A stretch of 64,000 nucleotides of DNA, from contig OZ024745.1 of assembly GCA_964016885.1 (NCBI GenBank), positions 118,296,001 through 118,360,000 of the forward strand. Direction: 5' to 3'. Both the position numbers and the translations under genes were made by a program. Positions 1-13,606 of this stretch are shown here, piece after piece; position 1 is the stretch's first letter, and each line of letters starts with the position of its first letter. This DNA comes from Eledone cirrhosa. Lineage: Eukaryota. The notes below the pieces were generated by a model. The model searched no databases and was not told the origin of the DNA. It worked only from the letters and a program-made list of their open reading frames with translations.

Positions 1-246
1 AGTGTACAATAACGATCAAAATCATGATTATCATAATCATCACAAACATCATAATTACCCTTTCTGCCCTTTCATTAATTACTCCATGTTATACGTATAT
101 TTCCAGCAATGCTATGGGATCAAATGTACATAACAAATGGAATATAGGTACTATAATGAATATGAAGAAAAGATTTTCATATTTCCCTTTATTAGATAAT
201 CTACATTTACACCTATTTCTGTGGTGTCTGCAGTTATTATGTAAAG

Positions 247-485
247 GTCTTCTTCTTCGCTCACTTATTTCTGAGAGGGTCGTGGAGGTAGAGTCCTCAA
301 AATCTCCTTCCAGTGGGTCCTGTCAGAAGCAACCATCTCCAACTGATCCAGCTGGATGCCCAAGTGAGACCAACCAAGCTCATAGATGTTAACCAACCAT
401 CTTGCTTGGGGTCTATCCCTGGGTCTCCTGCCTGTTGGTTTCGCCTGTATAATCTGTCCAGCAATTCTTTGTTGAGACATTCTAA
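247..485 (-). mobile_element. RTE-clade LINE 3' fragment
   Basis: Minus-strand translation GHVVRM..RIAGQIIQAKPTGRRPRDRPQARW..ASDRTHWK is the typical RTE ORF C-terminus. It ends in a (GAA)n tail and matches the copies at 3240 and 11088. Confidence 0.8.
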
Positions 486-492
486 CTACATG

Positions 493-890
493 CCCATTAA
501 GGGCATTCCACAAACATGTGTACTTTAACATAGTTCTAAGGGAGATTCAGCATGAAACAGGATATGATAAGGCTGGCCTTTTGATGTGCAGATACAACAC
601 ATTTTTGTTAGCTGAGTGGACTGGAATAATGTGAAATATAGGGCCTTGCTCACACATGCTAAAAATCCAATATACATTACAATCATGGGCTGAACACCAG
701 GTTTCTATTAATCAATTTCCTTTCACAAAGTACTGAACAATAAAGACTACTGCACAATGGGATTGAAACTAGAACTACATGATTGCAAAGCAAACTTCTT
801 AACCACACAACAATGGCTTGGGAATCAAACTCACAACCACACAATTGTGAACCCAACACTCTAACCACTAAGCCACATGCCTTCACAATT
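493..890 (-). mobile_element. tRNA-derived SINE remnants (CORE-like family)
   Basis: gctgagtggactgga..tgtgaaata..ccttgctc body plus reverse-complement tRNA heads (ctaaccactaagccacatgcct). Related copies lie at ~14575-14715, ~14960-15250, ~19835-20020, ~32333-32680 and ~61830-62045. Confidence 0.6.
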
Positions 891-950
891 AAACAACTAA
901 ATAACAACCATAAGAACAAAACTATTATAATGGCTATTTTTGTATCCCAC

Positions 951-1120
951 AATAATTGTTTCTAGTTTCAGCACAAGGCTAGCAATTACCCCAGTGCATT
1001 ACTGGTGCTTTATTTTATTGACTCCATAAAGATGAAAGGCAAAGTTAAGCTCGGTGGGATTTGAACTCAGAACATAAAGGGCCATAACTCTATGTTTGAA
1101 AGCATGATGTCTGACAATAT
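951..1120 (-). mobile_element. tRNA-derived SINE (dominant family of window)
   Basis: Reverse complement of gagttcaaatccc..ttgcctttcatc..aataaagcaccagtaatgcactgggg..ccttgtgc..agaaacaattatt. Confidence 0.85.
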
Positions 1121-1135
1121 TGGGTGGGTCCATAC

Positions 1136-1174
1136 CAGATTCCATTACTTCTTCCCATGTCAAACTGTTTTGAT
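1136..1174 (-). CDS. candidate 39-nt internal exon (DQNSLTWEEVMES)
   Basis: T-rich tract and ...cgaag acceptor, CTG|gtatgg donor, symmetric phase 1-1, no stop codon. No homology recognised. Confidence 0.25.
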
Positions 1175-1977
1175 CTTCGAAGTATTGAACAACAAATGAA
1201 AAACATAACAGGAGCATCAAATTACTTGTAAACTCTTAATGTCAAATCGAGAGCCAGTAGATAATTGTCATAAGTATTCATTAAGAATTGTTACAAGAAA
1301 AATATATAGATAAATAATGGTAATCATGCTGTGCCAACAGGAGCAAATTTTATCTTTTAAAAAATACATCTATCTTTCAGTTTTATATCTCAAATTTACT
1401 TTACATTTTAAAAATTATTTCTATCAAAATTTGTTTGTTTTCTTTTAAAAACGTTTATTTTATCAAGGTTTCAATGTCATGTTTGACCTTATCTTCAAGA
1501 TGTTTCTAATGTATCTTTTTATATAGCTTCATAGATGTGGAAAATGGTGATGATTGGCAGAATGATATCAGCAGAGAAATATTTCAATACAAATCTTTAT
1601 GACAAAGCCACTTTTCTCTCACTAAAGCTGAAGGCAATATTATCAAGATTTATTATTTCATTCATGATAGATAATAAGATAAATGACTGCATCCTTATGA
1701 GAATTATAGGTATAATGCAACATGCAACAATCTAATAAATAAAGATTCACTAATCATCTGTCATGGAAACATAAGTGTTAAAACAATAAAACATATATAA
1801 ATGTAATGAATATTATTATAGATGTGACTCAAGCAATCAATGTAATATATTGCGTTTAATCCAATGACGGGAGTTAAAAACTTCATAACAAAAATGTTTA
1901 CCTACATTCAAGTAATACCACACTTTTCCTTAAACTAACCCTAATTTGAGAAAACACAATGCATTAACCATCTTTAA

Positions 1978-2085
1978 CCCTCTTGGCACTGCGGGTGACT
2001 GAATGCACCAATAGAGTAATCTCCCCTTAATACAATATACAGTGTCAAGGGAAGTAATTCATAAAAACATTCAGCCTCCAGAAGG
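1978..2085. mobile_element. piggyBac-type MITE (TTAA flanks)
   Basis: TTAA|ccctcttgg...ccagaagg|TTAA. A near-identical copy lies at 11779-11885 and an inverted copy at ~37700-37815. Confidence 0.7.
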
Positions 2086-3199
2086 TTAACAAATATATTT
2101 GTATAATTATTCTTATTGTATGGTATAAGATCTAAATACTGAACAAATTGGATGCATGGTCCCGTAACTGCTGAGGGAGTTATAGGGGGGCTGTATTGAC
2201 ATATGATGTTTCTAGGTTTTTTTTAAACCTGGCAGAGCCCATCTCTCTCCCCATGTCTGAATATAGTAGATTTCTTCCAGAGAAGGGTAGAGTGAAAGTG
2301 AGAAAGAGACACATGTAGAATCAACCCCAGTATTTGACTGGTATTTGACTGGTATCATCCTCAGATGTATGAAAAGTTGATCTCGGCAGGATTTGAACTC
2401 AGAGAGCTGAAATAAATACTGCAAAACCTTCTATATGATATTCTAACAACTGCCAACTCAACGCCTTAAATAAATTATCTAAAGTTAAAAGAAGAAATTT
2501 CAGCCTCATATGTAACCCTTACAGTTTATGACTGAAAGCTAATGTTAAGGACTCCATGACCATAGCTGAAACACTACTCAAATTCTGGGGCTCAAACTGC
2601 AGCACAAAGACATCTTACATCTGTATATCCACATGTTCCAATATTCAATTCTCCAATAGTACAAAGCAAGGTTATTTATTCAGCAACAACTATTTCATTT
2701 TGACCTATGCACCCATATTACTCTGGAGTCAATAACTAACACTTAAAAATCTAATTCAAAGCAAACACCATCTATAGAAATAAGGCCGTATTAAACATTC
2801 TATTATACATTTGGAAGAAAACATTTTATCCAATATTTGCCAAAAGATATGAAAACAAAATGATTATTTTTTACATAACTACTCAGTATTTGAATTATAT
2901 TTTTGTATTACTTAACTAATATAAGCCAACAATATATGAAAGAAATTGTGGTGCTGCATAGCAATATGTGTGCTTATATTTTTTATTCTATTATGTTGAT
3001 TTGCATTTGGTTGTTTGCTTAACGCATAGTTTGAAGTGTACATGCCAAACTGAACATATCTGAGGCTGATACATCATTATGCAAATAACATGTTAAAATA
3101 TGAAAAACTTCAAAAACCAAAAAAAGAAAAAATAAAAAATTAAGACTTCAGTGCTACCAATATAGACATGTAAGCTAACAAACATCACAACACAGCAAC

Positions 3200-3560
3200 A
3201 TGATCAGATACATTGGTCTTAGGAGTAATGTTACTTGATAGAGCATGTAGCTTGAAGATGAGAGAGTCATTCCAAGTAGAGCCACTACTCCTCCGAATTG
3301 AGAACTCACAGCTCTGATATTATGATATTATGGGCATGTCGTTAGAACATCTCAGGAAAGAACCACTGGACAGATTTTATAGGCAAAACAAACCAACAAG
3401 GCGCCCAGGGGTAGACCCTGAGCAAAATGGTTGGATAACATCCATGAGCTTGGTTGGTCATGCTTGGGGATCCAACTGGAACAGTTGGGGATGGTTGCTT
3501 CTGACAGAACCAGCTGGAAGGAGAGTTAGACGACTCTGTCCTCACAGCCCTCTCAAGAAG
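3200..3560 (+). mobile_element. RTE-clade LINE 3' fragment
   Basis: KPTRRPG..W.. RTE C-terminal motif. Homologous to 11088-11520 and followed by an expanded (AAG)n tail. Confidence 0.75.
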
Positions 3561-3756
3561 AAGAAGAAAAAGAAGAAAAAGAAGAAAAAGAAGAAAAAGA
3601 AGAAAAAGAAGAAAAAGACGAAAAAGAAAAAGAAGAAGAAAAAGAAGAAAAAGAAGAAAAAGAAGAAAGAGAAAGAAGAAGAAAAAGAAAAAGAAAAAGA
3701 AAGAAGAAGAAGAAGAAGAAGAAGAAGAAGAAGAAGAAGAAGAAGAAGAAGAAGAA
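3555..3756 (+). repeat. polypurine microsatellite (AAG/AAGAAAAAG)n
   Basis: Directly visible. It is the expanded tail of the upstream LINE. Confidence 0.95.
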
Positions 3757-4143
3757 ATATTGGATAAGGAATAACGATAGGATGCACAATGCATTTTTAA
3801 AAAACCCATAAAAACCAACAGTATTTAAACAAAATCAAAACAAGTATTAAAACATCTTTACAAGCTGAATTAGTCAACTACACTCAGTCAACTTACACTC
3901 AGTCAACTACACTCAAAAGCAACACACACATATATCATCAACCTCCTTTTATGTCCATTTTCCAAGCTGGCAAGGGCTGATGGGTGGTTATGCCCATGTA
4001 ACAGCCCTCCAGATATGTGTAATATTACATGTACACTTTGATAGCGTGGGTGAGAGACATACCTTCTAAACTTCATCACCATATTTATCACCATTTTGTC
4101 AAGTTTTCACCCAATAGGTGTTTTTTTTTTTTTTTTTTCGAAT

Positions 4144-4402
4144 AGGCTATGCAGCCGGTAAACCCTAAAGGGACGCAATACACATCACTCTAGCATTCCA
4201 CCAGCCCCTTCTGTTGTCTGTATCTGTTTATGTATTTGTGTGTAGATGTGTGCGTGTGTAACTAAAGTGTAACGTACGTTACAAATGGACGACTAAATGA
4301 TTTTAACTAGTTTTTTAACAATTGATGGTGGAAAAGATTTTAAATTGTCTTAACTTGGGCCGTAACTCATGGTGTCTGACACTCTTACCGGCTACATAGC
4401 TT
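4144..4402. mobile_element. short TIR element (MITE)
   Basis: Terminal inverted repeats gctatgcagccggtaa / ttaccggctacatagc about 260 bp apart. Confidence 0.5.
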
Positions 4403-4919
4403 CTTCCATTTTCTTTTTCTCCTGCATTACCTGTCACCAGTTCTCAAGATTTTTTGCCACCCAACTCCTTCATGGCGTTCAGATTCTTAAGATTAGTCTT
4501 CACCACTTTGTCCTATTTCTTGCACAATCTCCCACTCACAAAGGTTCCATGCAATTCAAGCATTTGACATTTCTATATAGAGCTGTCAGTCTCCATACAA
4601 ATCCCATATCTTTACTGACACAGTCTCTCCTCTCGTACTACTACTTCAGATTCATCTTATATCTAGCATTTCTCTCAGCTAATTTGAGCTCTATCATTCA
4701 CACACATGAACATTACAAATATAATTGAATGTGTTTTGCTTCCTTTCTCCCAAGCTGTTTGTAAATATTCTGTTACCATGCAAATTTTTCACCTCATACT
4801 TAAGCACCATAAATCTGCTCTTTACTCTCACAGAACAGTTCTTTGTTATTCTGGCTACTATAATTCCTTTACATCCACCAGTGTTATTCATTAAGTAACG
4901 AAGTTAAGCTACACATCAT

Positions 4920-5079
4920 GTAGTAATGGCTATGATTGTGAAGATGATGATAGTGGTAATGATAATGAAGGGAATTACATTAATGATAGTGGTGATGTTG
5001 ATTATAGTGATACTGTTGCTGCTGATGGTGGTGGTGGTTGTAGTAGTAGTAGTAGAGGTGGTAGTAGTAGTAATAGTAA

Positions 5080-5117
<38 letters not shown>

Positions 5118-5290
5118 ATAGTAGTACTAGTAATAGTAGCAGTAATAGTAGCAGTGGTGGTGGTGGTAGTAGTAATGGTAATAGTAGTAGTAGTAGTAGT
5201 AATGGTAGTAGTAGTAGTAATAATAGTAGTAGTAGTAATGGTAGTAGTAGTAGTAGTAGTAATGGTAGTAGTAGTAGTAGTAGTAATGTT
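4920..5290. repeat. (TAG)n-rich trinucleotide microsatellite
   Basis: Directly visible. Confidence 0.95.
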
Positions 5291-5438
5291 GTATAGCCAA
5301 CCATAGCAATGTTGGCAATATAAGATTGCTTTTGTTGTCTTCCTTTCTACTCTCACTATCTTACTCTATCTGGCTTTTAAGTAGTTATTACTCCTTTATC
5401 TTCTTCTTCTCATCACCACCATTATTATTCCTCATCAC

Positions 5439-5627
5439 GGGGCGAGGAATTGGCAGTATTGGTAGAAGGTCGGACGCCATGCTTTGCAGTATAGAGTTAT
5501 GTCCCTTTATGGTCTGAGTTCAAATCCCGCCGGGGGTAACTTTGCCTTTCATCCTTACGAGGTTGATACAATAAAGTACCAGTAATGTACTTGAATAATT
5601 GCTGGCCTTGTGCCAAAAGTAGAAACA
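5439..5627 (+). mobile_element. full-length tRNA-derived SINE with TSD
   Basis: A box tggcagtattgg, B box gagttcaaatc, flanked by attattattc(c/t)tcatcac direct repeats. Confidence 0.9.
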
Positions 5628-6189
5628 ATTATTATTCTTCATCACACTATTCCTTGTTTTCTATTACTAACACCACAGACCTAATAAACAAATCTAGGAA
5701 ACAACTATCAGAATAGCTCCAGATGACCGTGTAGGTTATCTAAAGAGTTCGAACATTGAATAGATCTGGAGTAAACCATATATAGCTTGTTATGCCCTTC
5801 ACACAACTGGAGAAGCCATCTTGACTGTTTATACCATGGTTTCTACAGCTAGATGTCTTTCCTATCACCAACCACCTTATTCCCTCTACCTGACCTAATA
5901 ATGTTTTATTGTATTCCCACCTTCTTCCATTGATACTTTCTTTTCATAAGACACACCTAGCCCCACTCTCTTTCTCTCTCTAATACACATTTTCTTTCCC
6001 CAGTAAATTAGTGTGGATTTCTACTTTATTATTTCCCTTTCTACTCTACCTCTTTTGTATAGGAGATTTCACTAGAGTTAGATAAACAACATCTAGTAGT
6101 AGTAGCAGTAGTATCAGCAGCAGCAGTAGTAACAGCAGTAATAATAGTAATAGTAGTAGTAGCATCAGGAGCAGTAGCTGCTGCTGCTG

Positions 6190-6230
<41 letters not shown>

Positions 6231-8419
6231 GTATTTGTGTTGATAATGCTGATTTTCAAAAATGTCATTTTGACCAAACTTTATTTCTTCTAAAATAAAG
6301 TCGAAACTATTTTAAGTGGAAATGTAACAAACAGTAACCTCAACTGCAGTCCATCACCTGTGTATATGTAGGGTACATAATGACCAGAACTCCATTTTTT
6401 TAAAAACCTGAGGCCAGCAATAACTATGTGTAATTTCAAGGCTGATTGTAGAAGTTACATAATTACCATTTATTGGGCACTGATGTCTGCTCACTGAAAT
6501 GTGCATAAAACAACAGATTAATTGCTATCTTATTTGGTTTTGAGTTTTTTGGCTCTTTCATTGATTAACATTACATAGAAATCTATATAATGTTGATGTC
6601 TTCATTTATGTGTGTGTATGTGTGTGTGTGTGTTTGTGTGTGTAAGAGTGTATGTGAGAGTATGTGTGTCTGTGTGAGTAAGAGTGTGTGTGTGTGTATG
6701 TGTAAGAGTTTCTGTGTGTGTAAAAGAGAGAGATAGTGTGTATGTGTGTGTGCATATCTAGGTTTATATGTTTATCAGCAATTGAAAGGGTGGGGATGTA
6801 TGGAGTAGTCATACTTCTCAATTTCCAGAAACTTTCTATATTCAATGTCTGCTTACAGAGACATCTATTATTGGTTATCATCATAATTTTACATCCATTT
6901 TTTTAATGCTAGCATGGGTTGGATGGGTCCTTTAAAGTTCCACCACTTGTAGTGATCCCTCATCATCTCCTCTGTGAGGTTCAAGATTTTAAGATTAGCT
7001 CTAACCACCTCTGCCCAGGTTTTTCTCAGTATGTTTTTCTGGGACATGACAAAAACCATCAACATGTCTAAAAACCTCCGGGGTCTTGGATACTAAACTA
7101 ACAAAAGAACCAAATCCTGTCTAAGAAGGAGAAAAACCAAAAATTTGCTTCAATGTTGGAAATCATCAAATGAGAGAAACGCTGCAACAGGTTTAAAGCT
7201 TCACATATAAATGCATGTGAATGAGAGAGAAATGGTGGAAGGAAGGAGTGATTGAAAGAGAAGAGTGGCAATTAGGAAAGACAGATATCTTTTATAATTT
7301 ATAATATACTACACAGTAAGAGTGGCTCAATATTTTGGTTGTATTCAGGTAATGTGATGTCAGGTTGGCAGTGACCATATGCATTTGATAGAGGAAGAGG
7401 AGTAAATTTAATCATCATTTAACATGTTTTCTTTGCTAGCAAGGGTAGAATGGGTCTTCACAAACTGAACCAGTACTCAAGTGGGGTTACTGACTTCTTT
7501 GATGGGCTTGGGGGGGGGGGGGTCTGCATATCACTTACATAAAACCCTGCACTCTACCAAATGCATTTTATTGTGACACCAGCAGTAGGATGGTTGCCAT
7601 GTTTTTAACACAAGAATCTTCCAAACCGTTTGTTTGACAAGCTTTGAATGGCTAGATTCCCTTCTTAACACCAACCACTTTACAGCGTGTACTGAGTGTA
7701 TTTATGTAGATTACCAACATTAAGGAGATTGTTGTCTTTGCCACAACTGAAGAGTCCTCCTAATCCTTTGCATGGCAAGATTTCTTATTTATAGAGTTTT
7801 GCTTAGTCCACTTTTATGCGGGGGTATTTAGGGTTTTTTCCAACAACAGAGGTCCAAAATCTTTTTTAAGGCTTTGTACATAAAACATATACATTACAGT
7901 ATTCTAGGAGATGAATGTGGCTATTTAAATCAAAAGGTTGTCTGATTCATTTCCCAGACACACTAAATGTTATACCACATATATAATTGCAGCAGTACTA
8001 TATAATAAAAATTACTCAAAATACATTAAACACACAGATTGCCAGATTAGCTGTCTCTTCTCAGCATAATTTTGGTTGTATATGCACAACATAAAATCCT
8101 GTAATCAACATTTTTGCCTACTTAAGTTGTGTGGTTTCCTATGTATATAAGATTGTTTACATTGTATAGAATATCTAGTGTAGCTAACATAATTTTGGGT
8201 GTAAGATAATCTTTATCCAGTGAAAATTGGAAATTTAACTTACTGTGGCTTAGATTAGTTTTTACAAGTTTATAATGTTATAATTTAGTTTGAAATTTAC
8301 TATGACAGGCCTGAATTAGACAGAATAATATATACCATTCATATTTGTTTATAAGTCACATCTCCATTCTAAGACCAGTAGTTAAGTTGTGTGCTTGTTT
8401 TTCACATCATATATCTCTG

Positions 8420-8810
8420 GGGAAAAGTGCAATTTATACCCGAATATCTGGCCATCTGGTTCCTCTAATCTCACAGCAATGGGCTACTATGCTCTTCCAT
8501 CTTTTTCTAACTCTGGCAAGAGTTGGTGCTTGAAACCAGTTTGTGCCACACCAGCTGAGGTCATCTTTTAAGGTGGATCTCCAGATCTTCTTTGGCCTAC
8601 CCTTTGATCTTTTTCCACCAGCGAGCAACTGCCACATTGCAGTTCTTGATAGTATATTGACCAAATTCATAGGATATGTCCTGCTAGCTGCATTCTTCTG
8701 CTTTCTGCTCTTGATGACAAAACTCAGGCATGTGGCATTGGCTCTTCAAAGTACATCTTTGTGATCTAATGCCCAGGTTCTTTTCGAGACATCTTTGTTA
8801 GAAAGTATCA
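8420..8810 (-). mobile_element. RTE-clade LINE 3' fragment (second subfamily)
   Basis: Translation GGKRSKGRPKKIWRSTLKDDL..ARVRKRWKSIV. Confidence 0.7.
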
Positions 8811-8842
8811 CGATATCATTAGATACCCGAGTATATACAATA

Positions 8843-9031
8843 ATTGTTTCTACTTTTGGCACAAGGCCAGCAATTACCCAGTACATTACTGGTACTTTAT
8901 TTGATCGACCCCGTAAGGATGAAAGGCAAAGTTAACCTCGGTGGGATTTGAACTCAGAATGTCAAGGGCCGTAACTCTATGCATCAAAGCATGGAGTCCG
9001 CTCCTCTACCAATACTGCCAATCCACCACCT
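8843..9031 (-). mobile_element. full-length tRNA-derived SINE with TSD
   Basis: Complete head-to-tail copy flanked by tatatacaataat on both sides. Confidence 0.9.
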
Positions 9032-9399
9032 TATATACAATAATAAAATGCATTTCTATTGTCTCTTTCAATAAGGAATTACATCTTAAAATTGAATGAT
9101 CAGATAGAATGCATAATTTTTTCAACCTAAACTGAACTGTGAATGGTGAATATTTTATTGTTGGATGGTTTTATTCAGTAACAGTGCAAGTAGAAAATAT
9201 AATACTACACCCATTTTATTAAATAAATATCACTAGTGTCATATATCTAACTATACATTTTGAATTGGTGTACTCCAGTGAAAATAAGCATACTAAGATA
9301 TTTTAAAAGATAGGTCACTGACAAAGTAAACAATAATGAAAGCACTGAACCAATAAAGAATTACTCAATTATTATGATCCCACACATGGTGTTCCCTCA

Positions 9400-9950
9400 C
9401 CTGATGCAACCCGTGCAACCGATAACATTTCAGTGAAAAAAATATTGAAGAATCTTATCCTCGAGATTGCATGACACAAGAAATGTACTTAAATAAAAGG
9501 AAAGTATATTCTTGGCTAACAGTTAAAAATAGAAAGCTAGGTTGTGGTTTATGCAGCAATTGTCATCTTAGACATGAATTAACACAAGGAATTCTTTTAT
9601 CTCATGAGTGGGGTAGTGTTAATGCATTAGTAGGAGTGAGTGGTGACAAAGCAAAACAAATAATGAGTTTAAGAAGTAAGAATTGTCATAACAAAAACAG
9701 TGAAACCCATTACAGATGCAAAAAAAAAAAAAAAAATTCAATAAAGCAGATAATAAAAAAGTAACTCAAAATTCAGTGTATACGTTAATAAACATTGTAA
9801 AGCAAACTGAAATAGAGTTTTTAGAATTGTATACAGTATTGAGTACAAAATTTTGCCATACACAGTGTCCTGACATATTGAATTACAAGAAAGAAATGGC
9901 CTTAACTTAAGTTGTATACTCTTGTATGTCACGTGCCAGTATGGAACACC
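9400..9950 (+). pseudogene. hAT-type transposase N-terminal remnant (TTF zinc finger, ZNF862/KIAA1586-like)
   Basis: YSWLTVKNRKLGCGLC...EW...KQIMSLRSK...H..SETH..C resembles the W..LGCxxC...H zinc finger of these transposases. It is frameshifted downstream. Confidence 0.55.
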
Positions 9951-10134
9951 AAATGGTAAAACAATGGTGAAAACTTTAATTGCTTGTACATTCTATTTTT
10001 GAGATGGTTTCTATGGTTGGATGTCTTTCCTGTCACCAACCTCATTATAAAGTGTATAGTGTACATTTTATCATGGTACCAGCACTAGAAGGTATTACTA
10101 TGTTCTTAAGAATCTTTTTAACCCAATAACTATT

Positions 10135-10510
10135 AATTGTGGTTGCAATTTGGGGAGAGGAGAAGTCGATTAAATCAACCCCAATGCGTGGCTGGTACTT
10201 TATTTTATCGACCCCGTAAAGATGAAAAGCAAAGTTAACCTTGGCGGGATTTGAACTCAGAACATAAAAGGCTATAAACTTTATACTGCAAGCATGGTAT
10301 ATGATGCTCTACCGATAATGAATTCTAATTTAGATAGAAGGCTAGCAATTCATGAGGAGGGGAAAGTCAATTGTATAGACCCCTGTATGTTAGTGGTATG
10401 AAAGGCAACATTAAATTTGGAAGGATTTGAAGTCAGAATGTAAAGAGTCAGAACAAATACAACTAAACATTTGACCGATGCTCTCACAACTTTACCAATT
10501 CACCGCACTT
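10135..10510 (-). mobile_element. two tandem SINE copies
   Basis: ttttatcgaccccgtaaagatgaaaagcaaagttaacc..tttgaactcag, followed by an older diverged copy. Confidence 0.75.
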
Positions 10511-11087
10511 GGTTATCAGATAATGAAGCCAGAAAATATGCTCAAACACAGAAGACGACAAGTGAAATGCCATTTAATGAGATAAATCTGAGGGATAGTA
10601 ATGTACCTAATATACACCAACAGTTCCGAGGAGTCTAATCAATATGAAATCTAGACTACTTAAACTTACACAGAATTCCAATGATGAATCTAAAAAGCTG
10701 ATTAATCAGACAAAATATGATTAGACAATGATATTACAAATTCACATTTTTTCCCTTTAGTTTATAATATATATAAGATGGCAGAACAATTTGACTTAAA
10801 TGGCTAGTTAGAGCCTATAGAAAACTTAGGAAATAAAAATAGAAGATAGTTTCTACACATTTTTAACAGGGGTTGACAGCAGTAAGAACATTTACAGTGC
10901 CAACACCTGAATGTAAAAATGGCTTGGATTTATGTGTCCTCAAAATGTGCATGACTTCAAACATCATCTTCCAGCTCTTCTTTTTATTAAGTTGGTGAGG
11001 CTCCTTCTATTTAAGTTTAATATATGAGAACATGTCTTCTCAGTGGCAGATGTGCTGAAAATATGGCATACAGAAAGAAAGATGAAG

Positions 11088-11520
11088 TCTTCTTCTTCTT
11101 CGCCCACTTATTCCTGAGAGGATCTTGGGAGAAGAGTCCTCAAACACTCCTTCCACCAGTTCCTGTCAGAAGCAACCATCTCCAATTGATCTGGCTGGAT
11201 CCCCAAAGCGAGACCAGCCAAGCTCATGGATGTTATCCCGCCATCTTGTTTGGGGTTTAATCCCAAGTCTCCTGCTGGTTGGTTTTGCCTGTAAAATCTG
11301 TCCAGTGATTCTTTCCAGAGACATTTTAACCACATGTCCATAATATTGGAGTTATGATCTCTCAATTTGGAGAAGCAGTGGCTCTACCTGGAGTGTGTCT
11401 CTGATCTCCGAACTATGCACTCTATTGAGTAACATTACTCTAAAGATGCTTTGGAGGAACCCCATTTCAGCTTATATTGGCAATCGTATTCTTTCAGTCA
11501 TTACTCAAGATTCATGAGGT
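11088..11520 (-). mobile_element. RTE-clade LINE 3' fragment
   Basis: LGIQPDQLEMVASDRNWWKECLRTLLPR with a (GAA)n tail. Same family as 247-485. Confidence 0.8.
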
Positions 11521-11778
11521 GAGGGAAAAAAAAAAATCAAGATTATCACCTCTTATGAAACATTCTACAATGCAAGCCAGAATATAACACACTTAATACT
11601 TCATTTGTTCTTTAATACTTTCATGGTTGTATTTCTAATGTATTTCAATTAATTAATGAAGAATTTTGTGTTTTTTTACTGAAACTATTGATTATTTTAT
11701 GACTAAAGTAGCAACTTAACATTTGACTATCAAGTAAATTTATATTGAAAGATTTTAATTTAAATAAGAATCATTTAA

Positions 11779-11885
11779 CCCTCTTGGCACTGCAGAAGAC
11801 TGAATGCACCATAGAGCAATCTCTCTTCAATACATACTACAGTATCAAGGGAAACAATTTATAAAAAATTTCAGCCTTTAGAAGG
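11779..11885. mobile_element. piggyBac-type MITE nested in an older TTAA-flanked element
   Basis: TTAA flanks and a copy of 1978-2085. The host element ends ..gtatcacaatggttaa (11953) and resembles 15660-15902. Confidence 0.65.
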
Positions 11886-12169
11886 TTAAAATGGGTGGTT
11901 TTGTTTCATAGAACCAGAGCGTGTTTTAGCTGGGTTTGTATCACAATGGTTAACAAGTGAATAGACATTTTAGAAATTTAGAATTAAAAAAAATACTTAT
12001 AAGCAAATTAATTATCATATGTATAGAGTACAGATAGCTACATATGTAAATACATAAACTGCACAGAATTGTTATTCTCAATAAATTTATGAACCAAAAG
12101 AATTTAAATTTTACCAAAATATACATTGATGATAAAAATAAAAATAGATGGTCTTCAAATATGGTATAC

Positions 12170-12222
12170 CTTCGATTATTGGTATAACGGCTGATCTATG
12201 GTTAAACACCAATATCAACAAC
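12170..12222 (-). CDS. candidate 53-nt exon (LLILVFNHRSAVIPIIE)
   Basis: ctgtctctatgtag acceptor, GAAG|gtatac donor, one open frame. No homology recognised. Confidence 0.2.
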
Positions 12223-12724
12223 CTACATAGAGACAGTCTCTTAAATAAGTTGTACAAGTGAATAATATTAATTGTTAAATTATCATTTTAGTCAATCAAA
12301 TTAATGCATTTGTTACAGATAATGAGATAAATATAAATTTATTCAGATAACTGATAATCTACTACTGTAAAGCTGAGTCGAAGTGAAATTAATTACGTAT
12401 GAAACCATGCAGTACAATTATTTATTCAATATATAAAGAGAATGTGAATTAATATAAGTTCATACATACAGAATTAATTTCTGAAATAATAAGAAACCAT
12501 ACTTACATGGTTATACACATATACACACACACACACACGCACACGCACACATACATAGATACATAAATAAATACATACATACATATATGTATGCATCCAT
12601 GCATACATATGTACACACATGCATGCATGCATATATATGTATACTACAATAATTACATTACATTAATATGCGCATTTTGTTAGCGTATTGAAATCGCCAA
12701 CTTATCGGCTCATCATCATCAGAC

Positions 12725-12778
12725 AAGGCTTACCTGATGATCCTAAGTACACAGGTGAAACTCCAGAGTAACACAACT
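12725..12778 (+). ncRNA. degenerate minimal hammerhead ribozyme motif (probable Penelope pLTR relic)
   Basis: CTGATGA-tcct..aggt-GAAAC-tccaga-GTA. The core is intact but stem I does not pair. Confidence 0.4.
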
Positions 12779-12890
12779 CACCACTTAGCCATAATATAGA
12801 ATATTTAATCTCTACTTCAGTATTGAGTAATCATTCTACCATCCATCAATAACACACTCATGTATATAGAAGCTTTCAATGTTTGAAATT

Positions 12891-13084
12891 TAGTAGAAAT
12901 AGAAGCTTTCAGCGTATTTTTTACTAAAGAAATTTTTGTCTGATAGTGGGGTTTAAACCCCCTAAAAACGAAAAAGGATGAGTATTGACAACTCCTCCTT
13001 TTCCATTTTTAGAGGGTTTTAAACCTCACTATCAGACAAAAATTTCTTTAGTAAAAAATACGGTGAAAGCGTCTATTTCTACTA
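12891..13084. mobile_element. fold-back MITE / ~190-bp hairpin
   Basis: tagtagaaatagaagctttca... is mirrored by ...tgaaagcgtctatttctacta. Arms of ~90 bp pair almost throughout, with TA at both ends. Confidence 0.8.
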
Positions 13085-13094
13085 TATATATATA

Positions 13095-13602
13095 TCATCA
13101 TCATCTTCGTTTAACGTCCATCTTCCACGCTAGCATGGGTTAGACGGGTGTTGTCCAACTTGAGGCAAGGTTGGTCGGGTGACCGTGTCTCGCTCATATA
13201 GGACTATCTGGCAGGTTTTCTACAGCTGGATGCCCTTCTTAACACCAACCACATTTACAGTGTGGAACTGGGAACATTTTACCGTGTTACCTACATGGCC
13301 ACATTACAACATGGACTGTGTTTTTTTTCTTGTGACACCTACACGATCTTCATCTCATTATCTCATTTATTTGGACTGGATGTTGTGGTAGCAACTTTAC
13401 AGAGAGAGGGGGTAGTGGATTGGGGTGTATATTTGGTTAAGAGGTGCCTACTGACTGTAGATTTTGCTTTGTACATAAGCAAGGCGGGTCTTCTGTATTA
13501 CTGCGTAGCGCCAAAGATCTCGGTCCAGTGACATTGTCAGATCGTTCCAGATTTTTCTGGGTCTACCTACTCCGTAACTACCATCAATTTTGATCGCCTT
13601 GC

Positions 13603-13606
<4 letters not shown>
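13095..13606 (-). mobile_element. RTE LINE 3' end with (GAT)n tail, inserted in (TA)n
   Basis: KCKAIKIDGSYGVGRPRKIW..DRDLWRYAVIQKTR. Same family as 45082-46526. Confidence 0.85.

Noticed and set aside
3330-6884. Poly-K/F/L/T/V/Y and HT-repeat ORFs
   Set aside because: These are translations of microsatellites. The same applies at 20713-21524, 36268-36558, 48542-49331 and 53297-53644.
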